Source of the DNA: Geosiphon pyriformis uo1
Taxonomy: Eukaryota; Fungi; Glomeromycota
Assembly (NCBI GenBank): GCA_016748015.1
Contig: JAAOMT010000590.1
Coordinates: 739,912-803,911 of the forward strand
Length of the DNA: 64,000 nucleotides
Direction of reading: 5' to 3'
The notes below the pieces were generated by a model, which ran no database searches, was not told where the DNA came from, and saw only the letters and a program-made list of their open reading frames with translations. Shown here piece by piece: positions 37,882 through 50,410 of this stretch; position 1 is the stretch's first letter, and every line of letters starts with the position of its first letter. A program made the translations under genes and the position numbers.

Positions 37882-40800
37882 TTAAACGGTTTTTTTGGTT
37901 TCATCATCTCCTTGATAACCTGAATCCTCATCGACATCTTTCACTTCCAAACGCGGAATGCTGGCACGGCTGGTCACCTCGGAAAAAGCTTTGTTACGAG
38001 GCAATTCAGTCATAGCCTCAACACGGAATGATTCACCACTAGGTGTTGCTCCAAAAGAACTGGCTCGACTTCTAGATCTTGAGCTTTGTCCACTTGCAGC
38101 CCATGAACTCGTTCTGCTACGTCCAGTTAGACTGCCATTGTGTTTATCCATAAAGAAAAACACATCATCATATTCCGAATTCGCAACAGTTTCCCAATTG
38201 AAGACTTGATTGTCTAGCCAATTAATCGGGGAACTGAAAATACTAGTGTTTTTAGCAGATAAGTGAGTAGATGGTGACCGTTCTGCTTCAATAATACGCT
38301 CGGCATCAAAATCAGCATATATTTTAGGGCCAAGTTCGTTGATTAATGCGGTAAGATCATTTGAAAGTTGTTCCCGAACAGTTCCAAGATTGTGAATAGA
38401 TGGTCTTGTCCAAGGAAGAAGAGACAAGAAAAGTGGACGCAAGGATCTAAATAAGGATAAATTAAATAGATGTCGATGAATGTTACTTTCGTGAGTTTTA
38501 TATTTTAGCCTTGCACAATGTGGATTCTCACCTGTATATATCAAACCCAGTCTCTAATAATCGTATTGTCCCATAACTTCCCACCAGCATCAAAAAGTAC
38601 GACAAAATAGGACCATATAGTTTCCATTTTGTCGTCCAGTTATATTTAATAGAAATGACCAAAACTAGGAAAGCATAAAATCCATATAATACAGGAGTAA
38701 CCACAAGCGCAACTAAAAGCTTCCAGGTGGCCAAAACGTCACGTCCTGCTACTTTGATTGAAGAAGCCTTAACAGCCTCTGAAAATTTACAAAAGATTTA
38801 ACAGGGTTAATTTATTTGGCATTGAAAGATTTTCATGTCCATCAACATACCTTTTGCTTTTTTGCTCGATATTAACCGAGCGATAAGAATTAAAGGAAGG
38901 TTTAAGACGAAACTATTAAAGATGCAAAAAATAATTGAGTTTTTGGATGAGAGAAATAAAAAACTCATTATATTGTTCAGAATCTGAGATCAATAGCAGA
39001 TTCCTTTGAAATATTTTATGAGACAGAAATCTAAGGTAAGAATTACCCTGGCAAGCCTAAGATACTCCAAGTAAAGAGCAAGAAAATTCTGTATAGGAAT
39101 AATCCAGCGGTTCTTTTGCCCCCTAACACTTTTTTGTTGACTTGATGGTCCTTCAACCCATGATATTTTAATAATTGATTATAAGCCATCACTTTTTCTC
39201 GTATATCTTGGACTCGGGGATCATCTTTAAAGTGATTATAGCCAGCGACAAAACGACGATTTAATTCTACAACTTGAGATATAGCGAGTTTACGATGAGC
39301 TGGTTTATATAAACGACGGCCTGCTTGAATAACCTTCAAGATCAGATATTTAAAGTTTTGGAGCAAATTAAGATTGATTTAGAACCGGGATTTATCAATA
39401 GAAGTGAAATAATAAATTCCAATTACCATTAATGTCTCATAATCTGGCGTATTGACAGTGACCGAAGTTAATCCATTATATATTATATCGAGCAATTTAG
39501 TACAAGCCTCTCGTTTATCAGCGCCACCATTTTTATACTTTTGAACAAGATCGCGTGTTATCGTGATAGGTGATCCAAATTCCACCACAGCACGAGATCG
39601 AAATTGATGTGCATGAAAATAATTTAGTCCTTTTATTGGGAATTATGAATGAACATTAAATATATTGGAAGGACCTAACGACTTATCAAAAGAATATATT
39701 TACCGCAAGGTACAATCTTCACGTCAAGGTTAGGATTCGCGTCCATTGCACCGAGAGCCATAATTGTTACTCCGGCTTTGTGATAAAAAAATCAAAAATT
39801 AGAAACAAAAAGATTAAACGTCTAAAAATGCAGAAAACGCCTTTACCTTTAAGCGGTAATATTTCTGTGCGGTCATGACTACCACCCTCTGGAAAAATAC
39901 CTATACAGTTGCCAGCATTTAAGGTATCGAATACTGATTTGTAAACTTCACTTTGATCGATATGTGGAACACATTTGTACTGAGTCCCTTCAGTTTTGGT
40001 CAACATTTCTAGGGCAACTAAATCTTTGAATTCTTTTTTTATTATTAGCTCAGTATCAGAAATAATCTGAATGATTTCCGAGGACCCACGATCTTTAGGT
40101 AGCGCAATTTGCCACCCGACTTGAAGTTGTTTGGTAAAATTTGTGCCGATGCCAGTTACACGCGTTGGATCGGACTTTCGATTGAGAATTTGAATACGTC
40201 CTTTCCCAGCTTTAGATAAATCCTGGGCACGCATCACAGGAACTTGAAATCAAAATTAAATTTCAAATCAAGTTTGAATTTCACGTGAGAAGATGCTAAT
40301 TTTTGATCTAAACGTTTAAATAGATTCAACTTACTGGCGTTGAGAGCCCGAGCCAAAGCTCCTATATATCTGAGCTTCATAGACTTTTCAGCGATCAAGA
40401 AAGACACACGTCGTTGACAGTGCCTCATTAACACTAAAGGATCAACAAACTAGGAAAATATCAAGATTCAAATAAAAATTCTATCGTAAATAGATTGAAT
40501 ATGATAGATATTCCAAGTGTTGATCAATTTTCAAGATATTTTGTCAAACATCCACGCGTCGAATTCGATTTAACAACCCAAAAACGCACCCAATGGCCAA
40601 GAAAATGAGTATGGTCCTGTAATTTGAAACCTCATAAATTGTTGACTCGCGATACGAAGTAAGATTGTTCAATGTGAGTGTCGTTCTTCGGTTTCACTTG
40701 GAAAACTGGGGTGCTTGGTTGCTTTGCCGACGGCTGGGGGAACTTTCGAAAGTTTGAAACCAAGCTGGAAAACCTTCAACTTCTTACCTGATTCGCATGG

Positions 40801-40931
40801 GGTGCTGCTACGAAAATAACCGGTCCCTCCCTGGGGATCTTGTGTGACCCGCGAGGCCTGATCTCGCGAAAAAACACATCCAAGATCACAGTGAAAAAGA
40901 ACACGACAAAATCATACGGTTGCAGATCCAT
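37882..40931 (-). CDS. SCT1: Glycerol-3-phosphate/DHAP O-acyltransferase (Sct1/Gpt2 family)
   Basis: GPVIFVAAPHANQFVDP; FLIAEKSM; GIFPEGGSHDR; HQFRSRAVVEFG; GRDVLATWK, then TM helices. Confidence 0.93.
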
Positions 40932-43174
40932 TTTGACAAGACCAAACGGTACTAAAGTTGTGCTCAACAGAACAAATGTCGGCAACTAGTAAAGGCCAAA
41001 AACAAACAATGTTTTTAGCTTTATGAGACTTTTTATTAATTTTCTGAAACTAGAGAAAATAAGACTTTAAAGCCTCCAATTCCGATTGCTAATGTATGAA
41101 AAATAAGTGCAGAAGACCTGTGTGAATACTTTGGACGATTCAACTGATTACTTAAATTTATGTCATAATTTTTAGCTAGATTCTAAATTTAAATTCATTA
41201 TGCTTGTTAGGTTTATTTAATTATCAATTTTTTTTTTATATAATTACTATTTATATTGGTAATTGCATGTTTTTATTTTTTTGGCACCCAGGTATAGTTC
41301 AACCACTAATAATTTATAATTTTCATGAAATTTGTATAGAAAATAAAAAGATTAAATTAATATTTTTTAAAGAATAAGTTTTAAATTAGAATAACATTAA
41401 CAAAAATGTTTTATTTAAAACATAAAAGTCATAAATAATTTTAATTACTAATATAAAAAGAATGAAAAAAATTAACTTACTAAAATTAATAAATAAGCTT
41501 TTAAAACAATAAAAAAAAGTTTACACGAATTTTTAAATATAAAATTTATTAATATAATATAATAAAATAAAATAAAATACACAAACAAAATTTATTATTT
41601 ATAATTATATTTTAATTTTACATAACATTATTTTATTATTTGTTTTATTATTTTATTATTGTTTTATTTTTAATACTAATATAATATATAATATTAAAAT
41701 TAATATTATAACAAATCTGAAAACTTTTGCATTAAAATAAATTCTTTTTTTATAATATACAATAAATGCTGATTTATTAAGATCTTAATTGAGTTTGTTA
41801 AATACATAATATTTTTTCAAAATTATAAAAATTGTAAAATTATATATTATATTGTTTAAGTTTTTCAAATAAAAAATGTAAAAATATATTTTAGCATTTA
41901 AATAAAAATAACTAACCAATTTTGGAAAAAATACATTGATTTGATTTTTGACATATTTAAATTTTTATTTTTATATTACAATTAATATTTTAAGTATATT
42001 AAATATAAAAAAGTTAATTGTAACTTTTGTAATAATAATGATATTACAATTATTATAAAAGTTATTTTAACATTAAAAGTACATTTAAATATTAATTTTA
42101 ACACATACTTTGAAAATATAAAAAAATTACATATAACTGTTGTTAAAAACAACACAAATGTCTTTAGCAAATAATTGCCTATGTCTTTTGACTTTTGGCA
42201 TCCAACTTTTTTTGCAGCGTTTGAAATAGCAGACAGAAAATTCAATAAATGAAAAAACGTAAGCTTATAGACAAAGCTATCCTTTATATGATAATTTTAA
42301 TTGTGAAATATGGGTATTAATTTTAGTACAGTAATAATTATTTATACACTCTTTGCTGCCAATATAAAATTTTGGTTCCATCATTCATTCCACAATTTTT
42401 AAAATTTTAAAAAAGCTTTGCTTGAAATTTGAAATTGCTAATATGCATATTATTTTATACAATAATGAATGTTATTTATTCTTCACCTTTGAATAGTTCT
42501 CGTTACCTCCTATATTGACACTCCTGTCTCGGAAACGCTCTTCAAGTAAAAAGGTCATCGATATCTGCCGAATATGATCGCGAAACGGCGAAAACTTCCA
42601 ACCTGACTCTAGTTAAAAATGATGGGGAAATAATATATCATTTCTCATCGTGAAAATCATATACTACATACAAGGATTGGATACTAGGTTAGATGTTAGA
42701 AGAGGATACCCAAAGAAAATAAGGATAAACAAATGGTCAAAGGGAAAAAAACGAGAAATAAAGGTAGAAAATTGAGTGTTTCCAAAGTTAAAGATTCCCA
42801 TTTTCAAGCGCAAACTATATACTTGTGGTCTCCAGAAACTAACTAATAGATGATACTTTTTACACTTCGCCAAAAAGCAAAGCCAAACTCTCGAAGATTT
42901 GGTAATTTAAGAAATTTAATAAAAGATGAAATGTCTTCTTTTTTTCGTGTGATATAATAAAAGTCTTTTTGGTTATCTGATGCTGAGCTCAGTTGAAAAA
43001 TATCCATAAAATTTTCGCCAAGAAAAAAAAGCGACAATCGTCCATTTTTTCTGCTTGCTAGCAAGTCTCAGAGAAAGAGAAAATTGTTCATCGAAATAAA
43101 ACACACAGAAAGTTCTCTAAGTAAATACAGCCACCATACTTGGTGGTTATTCATGATTCAACCCGCCATTCGAC

Positions 43175-45343
43175 CTAATTATCCGATTCTCCATTTTGAC
43201 TTTCATTTGCACTGACATTCTCGCTACTGCCACCACTGCCTAGTAAACCAATGTTCGTGTTAGGACTTGTCCCTGGAAGAGGTGCTAAGTTTCCGTATGG
43301 ATTATTTGTTACGGGACCAGGACTAGTGGGCCCTACCAGTGGGGCAATTCCGTCTTTGCGCATCTCAACTTGACGTTTATCGTAAAACTCGAAATCGTCC
43401 AAGATAGACGTCTTACTGCGATATTCAAAAAAGATTTTCAGCATTTCTCTACCAGGCTCCGTGTAGAGCTCTTGAGTGTCACGGCTGTTGGTGACGGGTT
43501 TATTTTCGTTATTTCTGAGATTTTTGTTTAGGAAATAGTGTTTAGTAATTGGAATTAGGTTGTCCGATTAAACCGAGGTTTGAATTCTAATTAATACATA
43601 CACAACTCGAATGTGTCTCAACTGGCCATTGGGAATATCTTTGACAAATATCCACTTGACCTTAAAGACACCTTTCCATTTGTCTTGAGCCCAGACGCTA
43701 CTGCTAGTTGTATAATCAACTGGCGTAAGCATTTGTGCCATGCCACAGAAATGACCACTATAAAAAGAATTGAGATTTAAAATACACCGTATTTGAAAGT
43801 AAAAGATTCGGGATAATATAATTGTAATTAAGTTTTCACCTAGCGTTAACGCTGAAGAATAAATAAATAGGACCTTTATCAGCATTTTCACGAAAGGCTT
43901 TGTCCAAACGGCGGTTGCCGATCTCGGTACTGGCCCAAATGTCATACTATAAAATTAAAAATCTTATCTGAACATTTCCAATAAAATATATATAGAAATA
44001 TATCTACGTTGAATAATAAGATTGACTACTAGACCTTTAAAGATTTATGGACATCATCTTCAGTGTATGACTTTATAACAAAATATCGTGCCTAGTAATA
44101 TGAAAATGGTTATGGACTATTTTTATTTGTATCGAAACTGAAAAAATAGAGGACCTACAAGTGGGGGCTTGCAATTGAAAGATTTAGGATTATAGCCCTT
44201 TGCTGCAACCCAAGCAATAATGTCCTTTTTCGAAGCTGATGAACTATTAGACATAGCAAGTGATCCCACTGTCCCAGGTACAAGTCCAGCATTTGGAGGA
44301 AAAAGGCTATTCATTCCATTTCCTGGATTCGGACCAGCGATCTTAGTCTTGCTAATCCATGGACCAGTAGGTGCGGACAACGGTCTAGAGGTGAAAGCGG
44401 AGTTGGGAGATACGGCAGATGTAGGGGAAATAGCAGCGCTATAAGCTCCAGCCACGGCCCCCAAAACTTCAGGTGATGTATTAACTGGAGGAGGTTTTGG
44501 GGCTGTTTTGGCAATCGCGGCCCACGACATTTTTGTAGGCTGCTTAGGAGCTGTAGAGGATCCAGGAACATGAACGACGGTTAAATCATTGTTCGTCACT
44601 TTAACTAAATCTGAACCTGATACACCATTTCCATTGATCAAACTCATATTGTTCAAAGTATTTGAAAGCTCTGCGACACTAACATCCACAAGACTCATCG
44701 ACTGATTACTTGTGGCTTTATTCGATAAATCTTCCCTCAACCCCCCAAATAAAATGTTCTGGTTGGCTACCGGAACGCCAGCTAACGTAGGTGAAGAAAA
44801 ACCTCCTAGCGTTGTTGGGCTAAGATAATGTTCAATATGATCAGAATTAAGTCCTGGAGAAGTGACTAAAGTTCTAGGTGAAGTTGGACTTCTATAACCC
44901 TCCAGTCCTGGTGGTGCGACCAGAGTGGATCCTTGAAGGCTACGAATGTCTAACTTAAGTTCATTACGGGCAAAGTGTTTTGTTTCAGTCCCAGTGGCAT
45001 ACTTCGCTGCATCACGTAGCGGTAATATGATATCCTCAACATCAGATTTGTCATACAAAGCCATACTTCCTTTAACACCATCGTCATCAACTTTATCTCC
45101 ATTTCCATCCAACTTCCGGCGTATAGAGCCCGATGAAGCTACAGAAGTGCTCCAAGACGGGAGCTGGAAGGTTGATGATGGGTCTTGAAGAAGTTGTTGC
45201 TGCTGCAACTGTTGGGCTTGTTGATTTTGTACAAGTTGTACCTGTTGCAGGTGTTGTTGGAGTTGTTGTTGCTGCTGTAATTGCTGCTGTGCAAGTTGTT
45301 GTGCTTGCTGTAAATGTTGTTGCTGCTGCTGTTGATAATGTTG

Positions 45344-45385
<42 letters not shown>

Positions 45386-47003
45386 TTGTTGTTCCTGATG
45401 TTGTTGATGTTGGTGTTGTTGATGTTGGTGTTGTTGATGTTGCTGCTGCGCATGTTGTAATGCATTGCCAAACGATCGATATTGATAGTGAACATGTTGA
45501 GAGTTGGGAAAGTAGCTGGTAGGCGATGTTGTGGGGGTAGAATTCATTGGAGGATTTGGGTCATAATAATCTAAAGGTCCACCTAAACCATGTTCAAATT
45601 TTACATGATTTGATGTCTCCTCACGTACTAGGCCATTCCCTTGGATACCATTATTGTTGCTATTGTTGTTCGAAGTTTGTCGTCTCATATTAGGACCAAA
45701 TATACTACCATTGTAACTCGCATATTGATCGTTTCCATTGGTGATATTCTGTTGTATTTGAGGTGGAAAATAACTTCCGGTACTATTCAATCCGTGAGTT
45801 TGTGCAGTTAAACTTGTAGTGAGTGATGGGGTAGCATATGCAGATGATGTTGGAGCCCATGGTGAAATGGGAGAAACAAGACCATTGGCCGCATAAATAT
45901 TGTTGTTTATACTATTGATTTCGGTCTGCGTGGGGAGAGTAGCGGATCTCAAAGGTTTGTATACAATTGACTCCTTTATTTTTTGTAGAATAAAAAATTT
46001 TCATTTTATTATATTATTGAGATTTCTCCAAGGTAATTTAAATAAATTTATTTACTAACCTTTGGAGAATCTTCTAATCCAGAAGTACGTAAAATTTTTT
46101 TGTCCCAATCATTTTCGTGATCTTCTTCAGGGAAAGTGTTTAAGGAATTCTGAAGTTGAGCTTGAATTTCAAACGATTTATAATCCGCTTATTATATTTA
46201 AATTTTAATTATTCAGGTCAGAGATCGATAATTTTCTGGACAAAAATTTAATGAGTTTCATAAAATCATTGGGAGTAAATTTGCAAACCTCCAAGTCCAT
46301 AAGCAGATGAAGAATTTTTTGAGATCCGTGAAGGCTGGGTGTTTGATATAAAGGAATGAGCAAAAGAGGCACTTCGGTATAATGCCGATTGACCGTTAAA
46401 TCCACCATCTTCATTATGGGCGCTTTGTGGTATAACTGAGATACTGTTATTGCGTGTATATCCAGTAGACATATTAATCGGGACATTACCAGAACCATTG
46501 CTATACGAAGCACGACCATTAGACTCCCCAACACCAGTACTACTAGACACTACTAGCCCGTTATTGACACCCGCAAAACCAGGTGGCAATTTAACGCTTC
46601 CATATTGTCCAAGGTTTGCCGCATTTTGATAACCAGCAATCCCTGCAGAACTTATTTCAACGTTGCCAGCAGTGGAAGAAACAGTCCGTTGGGTGGATAC
46701 ATTGACATAAGTATCGCTCCGAATACCTGCATTAGAACTTCCGCCAAGTGTCGGGCCACCAGTAGCATTTCCTCCAACACCAACAGAACCCCTTTGAACC
46801 TGTTGCATTGAATCAACCCACTCTTTCGCAGATGCTGGAAAATATTGTCCAGTGTTCACTACATCCAGCTGCTGAGTAGGGCGTGCTTGACGCACGTCAT
46901 TCAAAGTTTGTTTCTGGGTATATTCAATTAAAGCGCGAACAGGTTGAAACCCTGGTGGATTGAAAGCAACGTTCGTGGGCGCTTGAGAGTGCTCGTTAGC
47001 CAT
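43175..47003 (-). CDS. YTHDF-type m6A reader with long low-complexity/polyQ N-terminus
   Basis: C-terminal YTH: [26 protein letters not shown]...[18 protein letters not shown]...[23 protein letters not shown]...[12 protein letters not shown]. Aromatic-cage Trp residues intact. Confidence 0.92.
45193..45450 (-). repeat. CAG/CAA/CAT trinucleotide tract encoding polyQ/QH
   Basis: (TGC)n and (TGT)n runs on the + strand inside the 44123-45952 exon. Confidence 0.9.
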
Positions 47004-48603
47004 CAACTATACTTGATAGTTTTCAGTGTATGATAGAACACAACCTATCAATCACTTGGCTTTCTTTCCTTCGCTTGATCGATTTCTAAAGTAAATGGTA
47101 GCAATCGTCTTTCTAGATTGTATCAAAAGTACTACTGGTTGTGTACTTTCTTGGTTTTCTCCGTTAGGTCAAAATGAACCCTTGATATATCCTAAAATGT
47201 TGTTGTTGCGTGTACGACAAACCCAACAGAAAAGCAGCAATCATAAAAAGGGCACGTTGACTGGGTATCTAATAGTGTGTGCGAATAATCATCTAATATA
47301 GAATATAGATGAATTACAAGTTGGGTTCCTTCTAAGTTTTTAGATCACAATGATAATATCAGATAATTTTGTTAAAAAATGCCCAATAAAATTTATAATT
47401 GAAAATTTTAATTTTAATTTTTCGTCAATCCTTAATATATGTTGGTAAAGGTTACTACAAGTACAAAACACAAAAATTATCATGAACATAAAATTAAGAG
47501 TTCAGCTTTATCAATATTTGAAGTTACTATACGACACAATTGTATTTAACTATTTTAAATATTAATTTTAAAATTGAAAAAAGCACATGTTTTTTAGTAC
47601 TATTCACAAAATCATAGTTAAGTTGGTTTTTTATTGTTTTATTAATTAATTTATAAAATTTAAAAATATATATTATAATTTTTAAAATTTTTAATTATTA
47701 TTAAGTATAAATTATAATTATTTAACATTTTACATTTAAGTAAATTAAATATTATGAATATAATTAAAATGTTAAAAATTTATTTTAAAACATAAAAATA
47801 TTTATTAATTTAATTTTGTTTTACATATTTAACATGTAATAATTTTTATTTAAAAATAAAATTGGGCTAATAATTAATATTTTCTAAATTAATATGTATT
47901 AATATTAATTTTAAAAAAATATTTAATTAATTAATAATTATATAAATTAAAATTCAAAAATTATTTAATTTAATTTTAATAAAAAATAAGTTAATAAATT
48001 AATAATTAAAATTTTTAAAATTTAATATACTTTATTTATTATTAAATTACCAAAATTATAATACTTATATTTTGTTAATGCTATAAATACTTGTGCATAA
48101 TAATAAATTTTATTACCAATAATACTTATTTTATAATATAAAATATTATATAAAATTAAAAAATAATATTTATTAATTGTAATAATTTTGAAATAATTAT
48201 TTTATTATTAATAATTTAAATAAAATAAAATAATTTATATTAATAATCAGTTATGTAAAAAATTTTAAGTATATTAATTAATTATAAAAACACAGTATAT
48301 AATAAAAATATAATTATTTAAAACAGTTGTAAAAAATATTATGAATTATTTGTTTTAAATAATAATTAATTAAAAATTTTGAAATTATAAAAATATTATT
48401 ATTTTTAATAATATAATTTTTAATATTTTATATATATATAAAGTTAACAAATAATTTTAAAAAAAAAACTTCTTTCTCTTATTCATTCTAAATTCCCAAA
48501 AAGAGTAAAAAGTTTTTTAAAAGAAGTTTTCTCCAACATTCAGTACAATAAAACTAAACCATTATTTAATTTCGAGGCTACTATTGGCCTTAGTATTGCC
48601 ATT

Positions 48604-50410
48604 ATGAAAAAAATTACTAAAGAATCTGGTTCTAGTGGGGGTTTTAAGCCTGTTTTGTTAAGGAAAAAGAGAAAAGGTGTTGCTTTGGAAGAGAGTGTTA
48701 ATGGAAAAGGGGTTCTGACTAAGATGCCAAGTGAATATTCATGGGGCTCTAAGACTGGTAACACCACCAAGTCTGAAAGCATTGATATAGAAAAAAAATA
48801 TCTAGTAGAAGAAACTAGCTTTGACTATGATGAAAGTGAAACTATTGCTAATAAGGATTATGATTAGACACCTAAGGGACCGGGTATCAAAACTAAAAAG
48901 ACATTGGGCAAGCCATTGGGAAAGATTGATTTCTCAGGTCATGATAATGATGATAATGATGATAATGATAATGTTCTCTTGAATGTCTCTTTGGAACTTT
49001 TTTTTCTCTTGAAGAACTTGGTCACTGTTTCTATTAGAAAATCTTTTGCTTTGGATATTGATTTGGATAAAGTGATTGAAAAATCCTTTCATAAGAAGCT
49101 AATAATTATTAGAAAATTGTTTGCAAAAGTCAATGGTTTTGGGAAGGGCCTCTATCCCCTCAAAATTCTCAGAAATCATCTGTGTTTCCTTTACTTTTGA
49201 ATCTAGTTTAGCATAGGCTATAGAAAAGACAAGAGTGGCAAATATTTTTGTAAATACTAATCTCAAGAAATCAACTGGTCACTTAGATTGGGCTGTGGTA
49301 GTGAAGGAAATTCCGGTTGGAACATCAGCTGAGACTGTACATGCTGCACTTTCTGAATTTGGTTTTGTTGTGTTGATCAAAATGCAATTAGTAGAGCTAT
49401 GGCAAAAGGCTGTGGTTGAATTTGCCCAATTGGATCAGACTGATTTGGTTGCAGATAGATAGTTGATCTTAATCAGGAAAGATGCTGTTAGAGTGGCCAA
49501 AGCTAATGTAGACAAAGAATCATGAGATACAAGGGATCAGCATAGAGCTTTGCTCTATATACTGCTGATGAACACCAATACTCATAATATCTGGGACTTC
49601 ATTGGCTCTGTAGATGGAAAAACATGTGTCATTAATCAACACTCTGTTATATATGCTCAGGCCAGATATGCTGTTGTTTGATTTGACTCTGCTGCTTCAA
49701 TTAATGCTGTTATGAGAACTACACCTGTCTTAAAGAGTGCCAATTTGCATTGGTCTTATCTAAGTTTTGCTAAGTGTAATAAGTATGGAAATTTGGGTCA
49801 TACATTGCTGGGTTGTTCTATAAATGAGAATGTTTCTTCTGGTGGCACAACTTGCAGATTATTGTTAGATAATGATAAAAGCAGACTGGCTTCTATTTAT
49901 GCTAGATGCTTTGCTCCAATCTCCTGTCCTGTTTCTTTTGGTGGTGTCTTATAAGCCAATATTGTTGGTAAGTCTTCATTCTTTCCTCTCTCTGTATGCA
50001 ATGGCTCAGCTGCTTTTGGTTCCTCTTTGGAGATGAAACCTACTCTGGTGGTGTCTATGGAATTGAATAATAAGTTTGCCATTCTTGAATGTAGTCTTGC
50101 CAGTCTCGCAAAATGTGTAAACAAGTTGGCTAAGAAGTTGGACTTACTTGGGCCAATGGTTTCTTAGCCTAGCCTTAGATGTCAGCTATTAGTAATCTTT
50201 TCATTACAGAATCAAGGGGTGGATATAGTAATGAGTAAGAGTTCAGATGTGATTACTGGTAGTGAGACTATTGTGGGAGTGGCAGTTGTTAATTCTTCAG
50301 TTATTTCTAAAATGGAAGAAACTCTGAACAATCTTTCAATTACAGTTATGGGTCTTTTGGCCAAAATAGATAATACTGGTTTGGTTTCTGCTGTTCATTA
50401 TTCTCAATGA
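48604..50410 (+). pseudogene. LINE ORF1 (RRM-like region + zinc knuckle)
   Basis: AVVVKEIPVGTSAETVHAALSEFG; KCNKYGNLGHTLLGC; interrupted by stops and a frameshift. Confidence 0.8.

Noticed and set aside
45133-45522. Poly-Val/Ala and poly-Asn/Ser ORFs
   Set aside because: Alternate-frame and antisense read-outs of the polyQ tract.
26633-47003. Functional gene cluster
   Set aside because: The genes belong to unrelated housekeeping pathways, with no shared pathway or repeated regulatory motif visible.
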